From NCBI RefSeq assembly GCF_044324875.1, contig NZ_CP172185.1: a stretch of DNA of 64,000 nucleotides; one strand, written 5' to 3'. The DNA is from Escherichia coli (GTDB lineage Bacteria; Pseudomonadota; Gammaproteobacteria; Enterobacterales; Enterobacteriaceae). The notes beneath the pieces were generated by a model. The model saw only the letters and a program-made list of their open reading frames with translations, did no database searches and was not told the DNA's origin. Position numbers and translations under genes: made by a program. Shown here one piece after another: positions 13,618 through 24,974 of this stretch. The stretch's first letter is position 1, and the number at the start of each line of letters is the position of its first letter.

Positions 13618-14550
13618 ATGCCGAAATTTCGAGTTTCTTTATTTAGCCTGGCCCTGATGCTGGCTGTGCCTTTTGCACCGCAGGCCGTTGCGAAAACGGC
13701 AGCCGCTACCACCGCGTCACAGCCGGAAATTGCCTCCGGTAGCGCGATGATTGTTGATCTGAATACCAACAAAGTGATCTATTCGAACCACCCGGATCTG
13801 GTGCGTCCGATTGCGTCTATCAGCAAATTAATGACCGCGATGGTTGTGCTGGATGCACGACTGCCGCTGGATGAAAAACTAAAAGTGGATATCAGCCAGA
13901 CGCCGGAGATGAAAGGGGTCTATTCGCGCGTACGACTGAACAGCGAAATCAGCCGTAAAGATATGCTGTTGCTGGCGCTGATGTCTTCAGAAAACCGTGC
14001 GGCGGCAAGCCTTGCGCACCATTATCCCGGTGGTTACAAAGCCTTTATTAAGGCGATGAATGCGAAAGCGAAATCGCTCGGAATGAACAACACGCGCTTT
14101 GTTGAACCAACAGGATTGTCGGTGCATAACGTTTCAACTGCCCGTGACTTAACCAAACTGCTCATTGCCAGCAAACAATATCCGTTGATCGGTCAGTTAA
14201 GTACTACCAGGGAAGATATGGCAACCTTCTCTAACCCGACGTATACGCTGCCGTTCCGCAATACTAACCATCTGGTGTATCGCGATAACTGGAATATTCA
14301 GTTAACCAAAACCGGTTTTACCAATGCGGCGGGCCATTGTCTGGTGATGCGTACGGTTATCAATAATAAACCGGTGGCGCTGGTAGTGATGGACGCGTTT
14401 GGCAAATATACCCATTTTGCTGATGCCAGCCGCCTGCGTACCTGGATTGAGACCGGTAAAGTGATGCCTGTTCCGGCAGCAGCGTTAAGCTATAAAAAAC
14501 AAAAAGCCGCCCAAATGGCGGCGGCGGGGCAGACGGCACAGAACGATTAA
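13618..14550 (+). CDS. pbpG: D-alanyl-D-alanine endopeptidase PBP7
   Basis: 310 aa with a signal peptide and the SxxK motif (SISKLMT). Matches E. coli PbpG. Confidence 0.93.
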
Positions 14551-14557
14551 TTGAATG

Positions 14558-14590
14558 ACGGATGGCGATACTCTGCCATCCGTAATTTTT
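14558..14590. terminator. Bidirectional intrinsic terminator between convergent pbpG and dld
   Basis: 9-bp stem (acggatggc with gccatccgt), 8-nt loop, followed by aattttta. Confidence 0.7.
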
Positions 14591-16304
14591 ACTCCACTTC
14601 CTGCCAGTTTTTCCGCTTACTGGTTTTACCGATCCCCGGATTCATACTGTTGGTCGGATCGTTCTCGCGATAAAACTTCTGCAACGTCTCCGGTGCTTTA
14701 TACAAATGACCGACGTTATGTTCGGCAGGGTATTGCGCGCCGCGCTGCTGTAGCAGCTCCAGCATCTGTTCTTTCAACGCATGCACATCCACGCCTTTTT
14801 TAACGATGTAATCCTGATGGAAGACATAGCACATAAAATGGCCGTAATAGAGCTTGTGCACCAGCTGGCTGTCGATCTCCGGCGGTAAATGCTCATACCA
14901 CTCGGTGTCGTTACGCCGCAGAGCGATATCCAGCGCCAGAATGTCTTCGACTTCATCGGAATGCACCGCCTGATAACGAATTGCTGCGCCCGCAGCGGCG
15001 AAACGGTGTAAAAACGCTTTGCTACCTTCCTCCGGCGTACAGACAAAGAAATCGCCTTCGGCCTGTTTGAAATAATCCACCAGCCACGATTTGGCTTCAC
15101 CGACGCCATCGCCCGCCATTTTTAACAGCAGATGATGTTCATATTTATCGCGCCAGTTTTTCATGCGCGGCGGTAAATGGCTGGGGAACAGGTGACCGAA
15201 TTTTTGCATCGCACGGTCGGTAAAATGCGGACGGAAGAATTTCACTTTCTCCAGCATCGCATCGGTGCGCCCCTTGAGATTAAAGAAGAACGGCATCTTG
15301 TCGGTGCCTAACTTATCAATCATCAGGAAGGTGTCTTTGCCGTATTTTTCCGCAATATCGTAGATATCCCGGTGCATATATTCCCCGGCAACCGGTAGAT
15401 TTTCGAAATTAGCCAGAATATGACGGCGGATTTCGGTCAGTACTTCCGGCTGGTTGGTGCCGATATAAAACACCTGCTGATTTTTTTCCGCTTCGAAGGT
15501 ATCAAGACGTACCGCAAAGACGGCCAGCTTCCCGGCGCAACCAGAAGATTCAAATAACCGATCCGGATCGGCGTTATAACGTGCGGGCGTGTCGGCTTCA
15601 ATATCACGAACGCGGTGGACATAGTCATAATCGTGGGCGTGACGACCATCGTGGCGCACATCGTCATCTTTGATGCGATCGTCATCCAGCTTGCTAAGGA
15701 TCTGTTCCGGCGTTTCGCCCAGATCAATCCCCAGATGGTTAACCAGCGTCAGCTTGCCATCTTCATTTATACGCGCGAATAACGACATTTCGGTATACGC
15801 CGGGCCACGTTGCACCAGCGAGCCGCCGGAGTTGTTACAAATACCGCCGATGACCGATGCGCCTATACACGATGATCCAATCACCGAGTGCGGTTCGCGT
15901 CCCAGCGGTTTGAGGGCTTTTTCCAGCGAATAAAGCGTGGTGCCCGGATAGGCCAGCACCTGTTCGCCCTTGCCAAGAACGTGCAGCTTGTCGAGACGCA
16001 GGGTGCTGATGATCACTATATCGCGATCATAGTCGTTACCGTTTGGCGTCGAGCCTTCGGTCAGACCTGTATTGGCAGCCTGCATCAGAATAATTTTGTC
16101 GGCGGTGACGCAGGCTTTCAGCACCCGCCACAATTCCAGTAGTGAGCCAGGGAAAACGACAGCCAGTGCGTCGCCCTGACCAGAACGGAAGCCCTTGCGA
16201 TAGCGGGCCGTTTTTGCGGGATCGGTGAGCAGGTGTGAAGAACCCACCAGTCGGGCAAGTTCATTCAAAAAGGCTTTATTATCAGTTGTTGTCATGGAAG
16301 ACAT
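14589..16304 (-). CDS. dld: Quinone-dependent D-lactate dehydrogenase
   Basis: 571 aa from MSSMTTTDNKAFLNELARLVG. Matches E. coli Dld. Confidence 0.95.
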   Translation of the reverse strand: MSSMTTTDNKAFLNELARLVGSSHLLTDPAKTARYRKGFRSGQGDALAVVFPGSLLELWRVLKACVTADKIILMQAANTGLTEGSTPNGNDYDRDIVIISTLRLDKLHVLGKGEQVLAYPGTTLYSLEKALKPLGREPHSVIGSSCIGASVIGGICNNSGGSLVQRGPAYTEMSLFARINEDGKLTLVNHLGIDLGETPEQILSKLDDDRIKDDDVRHDGRHAHDYDYVHRVRDIEADTPARYNADPDRLFESSGCAGKLAVFAVRLDTFEAEKNQQVFYIGTNQPEVLTEIRRHILANFENLPVAGEYMHRDIYDIAEKYGKDTFLMIDKLGTDKMPFFFNLKGRTDAMLEKVKFFRPHFTDRAMQKFGHLFPSHLPPRMKNWRDKYEHHLLLKMAGDGVGEAKSWLVDYFKQAEGDFFVCTPEEGSKAFLHRFAAAGAAIRYQAVHSDEVEDILALDIALRRNDTEWYEHLPPEIDSQLVHKLYYGHFMCYVFHQDYIVKKGVDVHALKEQMLELLQQRGAQYPAEHNVGHLYKAPETLQKFYRENDPTNSMNPGIGKTSKRKNWQEVE

Positions 16305-16499
16305 TTTCCACTCCTTGTGGTGGCGAAAAAATATCACAAACTAGAATAGCGCCTTGTATGACAATTCAGCGAGTGAATATTTTGAAAATTCAGACAATAA
16401 ACTGAGCATTCTTTTTCTCTCTCTATCATGCTTATGGCAAACTACGGTTTTTGCACCATTTTCGCTGCCTCGTCGGGCAACAGAGGAAGAAAAATCCAT

Positions 16500-18797
16500 A
16501 TGAAATGGCTATGTTCAGTAGGAATCGCGGTGAGTCTGGCCCTGCAGCCAGCACTGGCGGATGATTTATTCGGCAACCATCCATTAACGCCCGAAGCGCG
16601 GGATGCGTTCGTCACCGAACTGCTTAAGAAAATGACAGTTGATGAGAAAATTGGTCAGCTGCGCTTAATCAGCGTCGGCCCGGATAATCCGAAAGAGGCG
16701 ATCCGCGAGATGATCAAAGACGGGCAGGTTGGGGCGATTTTCAACACCGTAACCCGTCAGGATATCCGCGCCATGCAGGATCAGGTGATGGAATTAAGCC
16801 GCCTGAAAATTCCTCTTTTCTTTGCTTACGACGTGCTGCACGGTCAGCGCACGGTGTTCCCGATTAGCCTCGGTCTGGCCTCGTCTTTTAACCTCGATGC
16901 GGTGAAAACGGTCGGACGTGTCTCTGCTTATGAAGCGGCAGATGATGGCCTGAATATGACCTGGGCACCAATGGTCGATGTTTCGCGCGATCCGCGCTGG
17001 GGACGTGCTTCCGAAGGTTTTGGCGAAGATACGTATCTCACCTCAATAATGGGTAAAACCATGGTGGAAGCGATGCAGGGTAAAAGTCCGGCAGATCGCT
17101 ACTCGGTGATGACCAGCGTCAAACACTTTGCCGCTTACGGCGCGGTAGAAGGCGGTAAAGAGTACAACACCGTCGATATGAGTCCGCAGCGCCTGTTTAA
17201 TGATTATATGCCGCCGTACAAAGCGGGGCTGGACGCAGGCAGCGGCGCGGTGATGGTGGCGCTGAACTCGCTGAACGGCACGCCAGCCACCTCCGATTCA
17301 TGGCTGCTGAAAGATGTTCTGCGCGACCAGTGGGGCTTTAAAGGCATCACCGTTTCCGATCACGGCGCAATCAAAGAGCTGATTAAACATGGCACGGCGG
17401 CAGACCCGGAAGATGCGGTGCGCGTGGCGCTGAAATCCGGCATCAACATGAGTATGAGCGACGAGTACTACTCGAAGTATCTGCCTGGGTTGATCAAATC
17501 CGGCAAAGTGACCATGGAAGAGCTGGACGATGCAGCCCGCCACGTATTGAACGTTAAATATGATATGGGGTTGTTTAACGACCCATACAGCCATTTGGGG
17601 CCGAAAGAGTCTGACCCGGTTGACACCAATGCCGAAAGCCGCTTGCACCGCAAAGAAGCGCGTGAAGTGGCGCGCGAAAGCCTGGTGTTGCTGAAAAACC
17701 GTCTCGAAACGTTACCGCTGAAAAAATCCGCAACCATTGCGGTGGTTGGCCCGCTGGCAGACAGCAAGCGTGACGTGATGGGAAGCTGGTCGGCGGCAGG
17801 TGTTGCCGATCAATCCGTGACCGTGCTGACCGGGATTAAAAATGCCGTCGGTGAAAACGGTAAAGTGCTGTATGCCAAAGGGGCGAACGTTACCAGTGAC
17901 AAAGGCATTATCGACTTCCTGAATCAGTATGAAGAAGCGGTAAAAGTCGATCCGCGCTCGCCGCAAGAGATGATTGATGAAGCGGTGCAAACCGCGAAAC
18001 AATCTGATGTGGTGGTGGCTGTGGTCGGTGAAGCACAGGGGATGGCGCACGAGGCTTCCAGCCGTACCGATATCACTATTCCGCAAAGCCAACGTGACTT
18101 GATTGCGGCGCTGAAAGCCACCGGTAAACCGCTGGTGCTGGTGCTGATGAATGGGCGTCCGCTGGCGCTGGTGAAAGAAGATCAGCAGGCTGATGCGATT
18201 CTGGAAACCTGGTTTGCGGGGACTGAAGGCGGTAATGCAATTGCCGATGTATTGTTTGGCGATTACAACCCGTCCGGCAAGCTGCCGATGTCCTTCCCGC
18301 GTTCTGTCGGGCAGATCCCGGTGTACTACAGCCATCTGAACACCGGGCGTCCGTATAACGCCGATAAGCCGAACAAATACACGTCGCGTTATTTTGATGA
18401 AGCTAACGGGGCGCTTTATCCGTTCGGCTATGGTCTGAGCTACACCACTTTCACCGTCTCTGATGTGAAACTTTCCGCGCCGACCATGAAGCGTGACGGC
18501 AAAGTAACTGCCAGCGTGCAGGTGACGAACACCGGTAAGCGCGAAGGGGCGACGGTAGTGCAGATGTACTTGCAGGATGTGACGGCTTCCATGAGTCGTC
18601 CGGTGAAGCAGCTGAAAGGCTTTGAGAAAATCACCCTGAAACCGGGCGAAACCCAGACCGTCAGCTTCCCGATTGATATCGAGGCGCTGAAGTTCTGGAA
18701 TCAACAGATGAAATATGACGCCGAGCCTGGCAAGTTCAATGTCTTTATCGGCACTGATTCCGCACGCGTTAAGAAAGGCGAGTTTGAGTTGCTGTAA
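16500..18797 (+). CDS. bglX: Periplasmic beta-glucosidase (GH3)
   Basis: 765 aa from MKWLCSVGIAVSLALQPALA (signal peptide). GH3 domains. Confidence 0.95.
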   Translation: MKWLCSVGIAVSLALQPALADDLFGNHPLTPEARDAFVTELLKKMTVDEKIGQLRLISVGPDNPKEAIREMIKDGQVGAIFNTVTRQDIRAMQDQVMELSRLKIPLFFAYDVLHGQRTVFPISLGLASSFNLDAVKTVGRVSAYEAADDGLNMTWAPMVDVSRDPRWGRASEGFGEDTYLTSIMGKTMVEAMQGKSPADRYSVMTSVKHFAAYGAVEGGKEYNTVDMSPQRLFNDYMPPYKAGLDAGSGAVMVALNSLNGTPATSDSWLLKDVLRDQWGFKGITVSDHGAIKELIKHGTAADPEDAVRVALKSGINMSMSDEYYSKYLPGLIKSGKVTMEELDDAARHVLNVKYDMGLFNDPYSHLGPKESDPVDTNAESRLHRKEAREVARESLVLLKNRLETLPLKKSATIAVVGPLADSKRDVMGSWSAAGVADQSVTVLTGIKNAVGENGKVLYAKGANVTSDKGIIDFLNQYEEAVKVDPRSPQEMIDEAVQTAKQSDVVVAVVGEAQGMAHEASSRTDITIPQSQRDLIAALKATGKPLVLVLMNGRPLALVKEDQQADAILETWFAGTEGGNAIADVLFGDYNPSGKLPMSFPRSVGQIPVYYSHLNTGRPYNADKPNKYTSRYFDEANGALYPFGYGLSYTTFTVSDVKLSAPTMKRDGKVTASVQVTNTGKREGATVVQMYLQDVTASMSRPVKQLKGFEKITLKPGETQTVSFPIDIEALKFWNQQMKYDAEPGKFNVFIGTDSARVKKGEFELL

Positions 18798-18806
18798 TGC
18801 TTTAGC

Positions 18807-18830
18807 AAGGGCGCGACGTTTGCGCCCTTT
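18807..18830 (+). terminator. Possible bglX terminator
   Basis: Stem aagggcgc with gcgccctt, 7-nt loop, only a short T tract. Confidence 0.45.
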
Positions 18831-18871
18831 GCCTGATGTTCATATCTTAACTTGCTGAATTTTCGCCCTTT

Positions 18872-18908
18872 GTAGGCCGGATAAGGCGCTCGCGCCGCAT
18901 CCGGCAGG
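18872..18908. repeat. REP element
   Basis: gtaggccggataaggcgctcgcgccgcatccggcagg. Confidence 0.85.
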
Positions 18909-19048
18909 AAACGCCGGACCGAATATGCCTCTTAAGTATTTATCTGATTCTGCAACTGAATCCGTCCGCTCAGGCTAACTCTGTCATTATCAACTATGCT
19001 TTTCTCTTAATTCGCTGAAAACAACAGTAAAAGAATGAGGAAAGCATC

Positions 19049-19966
19049 ATGCCACTCTTAAAACTCTGGGCAGGTTCACTGGTTATGTTGGCAGCCGTGA
19101 GCCTGCCGCTACAGGCGGCTTCCCCCGTTAAGGTCGGTTCAAAAATTGATACCGAAGGCGCGTTGCTCGGCAACATCATCTTGCAGGTACTCGAAAGCCA
19201 CAGCGTACCGACGGTGAATAAAGTGCAACTCGGAACGACTCCTGTGGTGCGCGGGGCGATTACTTCCGGTGAACTGGATATCTATCCGGAATATACCGGC
19301 AATGGCGCGTTTTTCTTTAAAGATGAAAACGATGCGGCATGGAAAAATGCCGGGCAAGGCTACGAGAAAGTCAAAAAACTCGATGCAGAGCAAAACAAGT
19401 TAATCTGGCTGACGCCCGCGCCTGCAAATAACACCTGGACTATCGCCGTGCGTCAGGATGTGGCAGAGAAAAACAAACTCACTTCGCTTGCCGACCTGAG
19501 TCGTTATCTGAAAGAGGGCGGCGCCTTCAAACTGGCGGCCTCGGCAGAATTTATTGAACGCGCCGATGCGTTACCCGCGTTTGAAAAAGCCTATGGCTTT
19601 AAGCTCGGTCAGGATCAGTTGCTGTCACTGGCTGGTGGCGACACGGCGGTGACGATCAAAGCCGCTGCCCAGCAAACCTCTGGCGTTAATGCGGCGATGG
19701 CTTACGGCACTGACGGCCCGGTCGCGGCGCTGGGGCTGCAAACCTTAAGCGATCCGCAAGGCGTGCAACCTATCTACGCGCCTGCACCAGTGGTGCGTGA
19801 GTCGGTGTTGAAAGAGTATCCACAAATGGCACAGTGGCTACAGCCAGTCTTCGCCAGCCTCGATGAAAAAACATTGCAGCAACTGAATGCCAGCATTGCT
19901 GTGGAAGGACTGGATGCCAAAAAAGTGGCTGCCGACTACCTGAAACAAAAAGGGTGGACGAAGTAA
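19049..19966 (+). CDS. osmF: Glycine betaine ABC transporter periplasmic binding protein
   Basis: 305 aa with a signal peptide. First gene of the osmF-yehYXW operon. Confidence 0.93.
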   Translation: MPLLKLWAGSLVMLAAVSLPLQAASPVKVGSKIDTEGALLGNIILQVLESHSVPTVNKVQLGTTPVVRGAITSGELDIYPEYTGNGAFFFKDENDAAWKNAGQGYEKVKKLDAEQNKLIWLTPAPANNTWTIAVRQDVAEKNKLTSLADLSRYLKEGGAFKLAASAEFIERADALPAFEKAYGFKLGQDQLLSLAGGDTAVTIKAAAQQTSGVNAAMAYGTDGPVAALGLQTLSDPQGVQPIYAPAPVVRESVLKEYPQMAQWLQPVFASLDEKTLQQLNASIAVEGLDAKKVAADYLKQKGWTK

Positions 19967-19972
19967 TTTCCC

Positions 19973-21130
19973 GTGACTTATTTCCGTATTAATCCTGTTC
20001 TGGCGCTGCTGCTGTTGCTGACGGCAATCGCAGCGGCGCTGCCGTTTATCAGTTACGCGCCTAATCGTTTAGTTTCGGGTGAGGGGCGTCATCTCTGGCA
20101 GCTGTGGCCGCAAACGATCTGGATGCTGGTGGGCGTTGGTTGCGCCTGGATGACAGCCTGTTTTATTCCCGCTAAAAAAGGCAGCATTTTTGCACTCATT
20201 CTGGCGCAATTCGTCTTCGTATTGCTGGTGTGGGGAGCAGGAAAGGCGGCGACACAACTGGCACAAAATGGCAGTGCGCTGGCGCGTACCAGCCTCGGCA
20301 GTGGTTTCTGGCTGGCTGCGGCGCTGGCATTGCTGGCCTGTAGCGATGCCATCCGCCGAATCTCCACGCATCTGCTGTGGCGCTGGTTGTTGCATATGCA
20401 GATTGCCATTATTCCGCTGTGGTTGCTGTACTCCGGCACGCTTAACGATCTCTCGCTAATGAAAGAATACGCCAACCGTCAGGATGTGTTTGACGACGCG
20501 CTGGCACAACATCTGACGTTGCTGTTTGGTGCGGTGCTGCCTGCGTTAGTGATTGGTGTGCCGTTGGGCGTCTGGTGCTACTTTTCCACTGCGCGGCAGG
20601 GGGCGATTTTTTCGCTACTCAATGTCATTCAGACCGTGCCTTCGGTGGCGCTCTTTGGCCTGTTGATTGCGCCGCTTGCCGCGCTGGTTACGGCCTTTCC
20701 GTGGCTGGGTAAGCTCGGCATAGCAGGAACCGGAATGACACCCGCACTGATTGCGCTGGTGCTCTATGCCTTGCTGCCGCTGGTGCGCGGCGTGGTAGTC
20801 GGCTTGAACCAGATCCCGCGCGATGTGCTGGAGAGCGCCAGAGCGATGGGCATGAGCGGGGCGCAGCGATTCCTGCATGTTCAGTTACCGCTGGCGTTAC
20901 CGGTATTTCTGCGTAGCCTGCGGGTGGTGATGGTGCAAACCGTCGGCATGGCGGTGATTGCGGCGTTAATCGGCGCAGGCGGTTTTGGTGCGCTGGTTTT
21001 CCAGGGGCTGCTAAGCAGTGCCATTGATTTAGTGTTGCTGGGGGTGATCCCGGTAATTGTTCTGGCGGTGCTGATCGATGCGCTGTTCGATTTGCTTATC
21101 GCACTGCTGAAGGTGAAACGTAATGATTGA
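19973..21130 (+). CDS. yehY: Glycine betaine ABC transporter permease YehY
   Basis: 385-aa polytopic ORF with a GTG start ([10 protein letters not shown]). Confidence 0.92.
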   Translation: MTYFRINPVLALLLLLTAIAAALPFISYAPNRLVSGEGRHLWQLWPQTIWMLVGVGCAWMTACFIPAKKGSIFALILAQFVFVLLVWGAGKAATQLAQNGSALARTSLGSGFWLAAALALLACSDAIRRISTHLLWRWLLHMQIAIIPLWLLYSGTLNDLSLMKEYANRQDVFDDALAQHLTLLFGAVLPALVIGVPLGVWCYFSTARQGAIFSLLNVIQTVPSVALFGLLIAPLAALVTAFPWLGKLGIAGTGMTPALIALVLYALLPLVRGVVVGLNQIPRDVLESARAMGMSGAQRFLHVQLPLALPVFLRSLRVVMVQTVGMAVIAALIGAGGFGALVFQGLLSSAIDLVLLGVIPVIVLAVLIDALFDLLIALLKVKRND

Positions 21131-22049
21131 ATTTAGCCATGTCAGCAAACTGTTCGGCGCACAAAAAGCCGTTAACGATCTCAATCTCAATTTTCAGGAA
21201 GGGAGTTTTTCGGTGCTGATTGGTACATCAGGCTCCGGCAAATCCACCACCCTGAAAATGATCAACCGCCTGGTGGAGCATGACAGCGGCGTGATCCGCT
21301 TTGCCGGAGAAGAAATTCGCTCGCTGCCAGTACTGGAGTTGCGCCGCCGGATGGGCTACGCCATTCAATCTATTGGCCTGTTCCCCCACTGGAGCGTGGC
21401 GCAAAACATCGCTACCGTGCCGCAATTACAAAAATGGTCGCGGGCGCGGATTGACGATCGTATCGACGAATTAATGGCGCTACTGGGGCTGGAGCCAAAT
21501 TTGCGTGAGCGTTATCCGCATCAGCTTTCTGGCGGTCAGCAGCAACGTGTGGGAGTGGCGCGCGCACTGGCTGCCGATCCGCAAGTCTTACTGATGGATG
21601 AACCTTTTGGCGCACTGGACCCGGTAACGCGCGGCGCGTTGCAACAAGAGATGACGCGCATTCACCGTTTGCTGGGGCGCACTATTGTGCTGGTCACTCA
21701 TGATATTGATGAGGCGCTACGGCTGGCAGAACATCTGGTATTGATGGATCACGGTGAAGTGGTGCAGCAGGGCAATCCGCTGACGATGCTGACTCGTCCG
21801 GCGAATGATTTTGTCCGCCAGTTTTTTGGGCATAGTGAACTGGGTGTCCGCCTGCTTTCGTTACGTAGCGTGGCGGATTACGTGCGTCGCGAAGAACGGG
21901 CAGAAGGTGAGGCGCTGGCAGAAGAGATGACGCTACGCGATGCGCTCTCCCTGTTTGTCGCGCGGAGATGTGAAGTGCTGCCGGTGGTGAACACGCAGGG
22001 CGAGCCTTGCGGCACGCTGCATTTTCAGGATCTGCTGGTGGAGGCGTAA
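21123..22049 (+). CDS. yehX: Glycine betaine ABC transporter ATPase YehX
   Basis: 308 aa with Walker [10 protein letters not shown], signature LSGGQQQRV and a CBS-like tail. Confidence 0.93.
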   Translation: MIEFSHVSKLFGAQKAVNDLNLNFQEGSFSVLIGTSGSGKSTTLKMINRLVEHDSGVIRFAGEEIRSLPVLELRRRMGYAIQSIGLFPHWSVAQNIATVPQLQKWSRARIDDRIDELMALLGLEPNLRERYPHQLSGGQQQRVGVARALAADPQVLLMDEPFGALDPVTRGALQQEMTRIHRLLGRTIVLVTHDIDEALRLAEHLVLMDHGEVVQQGNPLTMLTRPANDFVRQFFGHSELGVRLLSLRSVADYVRREERAEGEALAEEMTLRDALSLFVARRCEVLPVVNTQGEPCGTLHFQDLLVEA

Positions 22050-22053
22050 GCGT

Positions 22054-22785
22054 ATGAAGATGTTGCGCGATCCGCTGTTCTGGCTCATTGCTCTGTTTGT
22101 GGCGCTGATTTTCTGGCTGCCTTACAGCCAGCCGCTGTTTGCCGCCTTGTTCCCACAACTGCCACGACCCGTTTATCAGCAAGAAAGTTTTGCAGTTCTG
22201 GCACTGGCTCATTTCTGGCTGGTGGGAATTTCGAGTTTGTTTGCGGTGATCATTGGTACTGGTGCCGGAATTGCTGTCACTCGCCCTTGGGGCGCGGAAT
22301 TTCGCCCACTGGTGGAAACTATTGCCGCCGTTGGACAGACTTTTCCGCCCGTCGCGGTGCTGGCGATTGCCGTTCCGGTGATCGGCTTTGGTCTGCAACC
22401 CGCGATTATCGCCTTGATCCTTTACGGCGTGCTGCCCGTCCTGCAGGCAACACTTGCCGGGCTGGGAGCGATTGATGCCAGCGTGACAGAAGTTGCGAAA
22501 GGTATGGGAATGAGCCGTGGTCAGCGACTGCGTAAGGTCGAGCTACCGCTGGCGGCTCCGGTGATTCTGGCGGGCGTGCGAACTTCGGTGATTATCAACA
22601 TTGGTACGGCGACGATCGCCTCAACGGTAGGGGCCAGCACGCTGGGTACGCCGATCATCATCGGGCTTAGCGGATTTAATACCGCGTATGTGATCCAGGG
22701 GGCGTTACTGGTGGCACTGGCGGCGATCATTGCAGACCGCCTGTTTGAAAGGCTGGTGCAGGCGCTTAGCCAGCACGCAAAATAA
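22054..22785 (+). CDS. yehW: Glycine betaine ABC transporter permease YehW
   Basis: 243-aa polytopic ORF. Confidence 0.92.
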
Positions 22786-22873
22786 AGGTATAACCTGCGA
22801 GCATGACGCCACCAATTCCGCCTAACGCCATAAACAGGAACAGGGCGATGACCCCAATTTTAGCTATGCGCAT
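22766..22873 (-). CDS. yohO: 35-aa small membrane protein YohO
   Basis: Manual translation gives [35 protein letters not shown] followed by a stop. It overlaps the yehW 3' end convergently, as in K-12. Confidence 0.8.
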
Positions 22874-22932
22874 AATGCACTCCTTATGTTAACGAAAGGA
22901 TTGTACAGTAAAGCGCATTTGTTAACGAATCA

Positions 22933-23622
22933 TTAAATGCCGAGTGGGAAAATATCATGGCCTTGTTCCTGCCAACTGGTAAGTTGCTGCTGTTGGGCGG
23001 AGGTTCGATTTTCACCGCACCACACCAGCAATGTACGGCCTTCGAACAGTTCAGGGCGTAGTTGATTGAGCGAGTGGGCGAGGACATCAATGCGCCATCC
23101 TTGTTGACTGGCAATCCAGCCCTCCAGCCATAGACGGGTGGTATCGTGAATATTCCAGCCAACCACCAGCGCATCTTTACCCTGTTTTTTACGTGCCGAA
23201 GCCAGGCAAATGGCGATGTAGTTGATCAGTACGCCGTCAAGGATCGCCAGCAGCGCCTGGAGGGTCGGTTGTTGGCACTGAAGTCGTCGGCGCAGAGGAA
23301 TAAACAGATGCGTGGTGAGTGTCTGGGCAGGGTAATCCTGACCGCGCTCTTTGATCCACGTTCGCAGGCTATGCAGATTGCCGCTTTGCAGGTAAGTCAG
23401 TAATGTTTCTTGCTGATCGCGCCAGCCGTTCTGCACATCAACATTTTCATTACTGAGCAGCATTTTAACTTTGCTGACCTGCACGCCGTTGTCGATCCAG
23501 CGTTTGATCTCGCGGATCCGGTCAATATCGGCATCGTTGAACAGCCGATGGCCGCCGTCTGTCCGTTGCGGTTTCAGCAATCCGTAACGCCTCTGCCACG
23601 CGCGTAACGTGACAGGGATTAA
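22933..23622 (-). pseudogene. mlrA: MerR-family curli regulator MlrA (YehV), 5'-truncated by prophage insertion
   Basis: The frame reads ...PVTLRAWQRRYGLLKPQRTDGGHRLFND... to ...GHDIFPLGI and a stop. From recall of the 243-aa protein (MALYTIGEVALLCDINPVTL...), the first ~15 codons, the start codon and the promoter are missing. Similarity ends at about 23,615-23,625, next to a phage integrase gene. Confidence 0.85.
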
Positions 23623-23654
23623 GGGTAAACTAACTGATTTTACAAGTTTTTATT

Positions 23655-24941
23655 TTACCCCACTTTCTTATGGGGCATACATGGGACACTTTCAGATAGT
23701 CTTTTGTTAAGGAGTTCTATCTGTTCGTGATTGTTGTCTTTCATCCATGCTCCGTAAACATTGAATACCATTTGTGCGTTTGTGTGGCCCATCTGGCTTG
23801 CGATAAAACTAGGATTAGCTCCAGCGGCAAGTGACCAGCATGCATAAGTATGCCTGGATTGGTACGATTTTCTGTGTCTCAGACCTGCGCGTTTTAAGAT
23901 ACTTGTCCATGACTCCCTGATGGAGTCAACCTTATAGTGCGGTCCGGAAAACTGCCGCTGTTTTATTACCTGAGGACTAAAAACAAAAGTGCATTTATGC
24001 ACAGTACTTCTCCCATATTCCCTCTGCTTTACCTCTACAGAATGTTGCTTTCCAAGCATGGTCATTTCCGCCTGACTTTTAAGAGCATCAATAGCTGGTT
24101 GAACCAGATGAATTGTCCTTCCGGTGCCAGCATCGGTTTTTGGTGGAGTGAATTCGCCAAGTTTTGTATAATTCCTACGGATGGTTATAGTCCTTGCTTT
24201 AAGGTCTATATCTTCCCATGCCAGCGATACCAACTCCCCGTGACGAATACCCGTGTATACAGCGAGAATCCACAGGTTTTTTGTTTGTTGATGACGGCAA
24301 GCCTCAATAAAACGAATAAATTCGTCACGGGTGAGAGGATCTGGTTTTACCTTGGACTTTTTTAAGGGAGCCAGACCGTTAAATGGGTTTCCTGAGGTAT
24401 AACCATTATCTGTTGCAAATTGAAACATTCCAGCTATGGTTGTCATATAGTAGTTTACCGTGACCACTGAGCGCCCTTTTATGGAAGAAGTCTTTCCATT
24501 AGAAAGCTTTTGGTAACCGGTCAACAAATCTCTCCTTACGAAAAGTAAATCCTCTTTTGTTATGGATGAAACCAGTTTTTTTTCACCTAACATTGGTAAC
24601 ATGTTTTTAATTACTGACTGGTAACGGTTAAGTGCATTCGCACAAATCTCAATTTTCTTAAGGTCCAACCATTTTTCCGAAAGTGCCTTAACGGTTATCT
24701 CTCTTTTTCCCAGACCAAAGTGTTTCAGGTTAGGGGAATTAGGGAACTGCGCGGCGTAGTCGAAACTCCCCATTCTGATTGCAAAACAAACGGAAGTGCG
24801 AAGTTCACCTGCGATCTTCCGGTTTTTGGCGGTGTCAGGAACACCGAGGTTTTCTCTGACACGTTTGCCATTATAGTGAAACCATATACGGAGTGATCCT
24901 CCATGGTTTTCAACGCCTGTCGGGTATGATACGTTACTCAT
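23655..24941 (-). CDS. int: Tyrosine-recombinase phage integrase
   Basis: 428 aa with C-terminal catalytic-domain motifs (GIRHGELVSLAWEDID, SRHTYACWSLAAG, GHTNAQMVFNVYGAW). It abuts the truncated mlrA. Confidence 0.93.
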   Translation of the reverse strand: MSNVSYPTGVENHGGSLRIWFHYNGKRVRENLGVPDTAKNRKIAGELRTSVCFAIRMGSFDYAAQFPNSPNLKHFGLGKREITVKALSEKWLDLKKIEICANALNRYQSVIKNMLPMLGEKKLVSSITKEDLLFVRRDLLTGYQKLSNGKTSSIKGRSVVTVNYYMTTIAGMFQFATDNGYTSGNPFNGLAPLKKSKVKPDPLTRDEFIRFIEACRHQQTKNLWILAVYTGIRHGELVSLAWEDIDLKARTITIRRNYTKLGEFTPPKTDAGTGRTIHLVQPAIDALKSQAEMTMLGKQHSVEVKQREYGRSTVHKCTFVFSPQVIKQRQFSGPHYKVDSIRESWTSILKRAGLRHRKSYQSRHTYACWSLAAGANPSFIASQMGHTNAQMVFNVYGAWMKDNNHEQIELLNKRLSESVPCMPHKKVG

Positions 24942-24974
24942 TAAACCTCCCAGACGTCCAGGAGCATTAACAGG

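Noticed and set aside
17712-18704. 330-aa minus-strand ORF
   Set aside because: Antisense to bglX. Its Arg/His/Phe-rich sequence has no motifs. The bglX frame is clearly the coding one.
21694-22398. 234-aa minus-strand ORF spanning yehX/yehW
   Set aside because: Shadow ORF opposite two well-supported ABC transporter genes.
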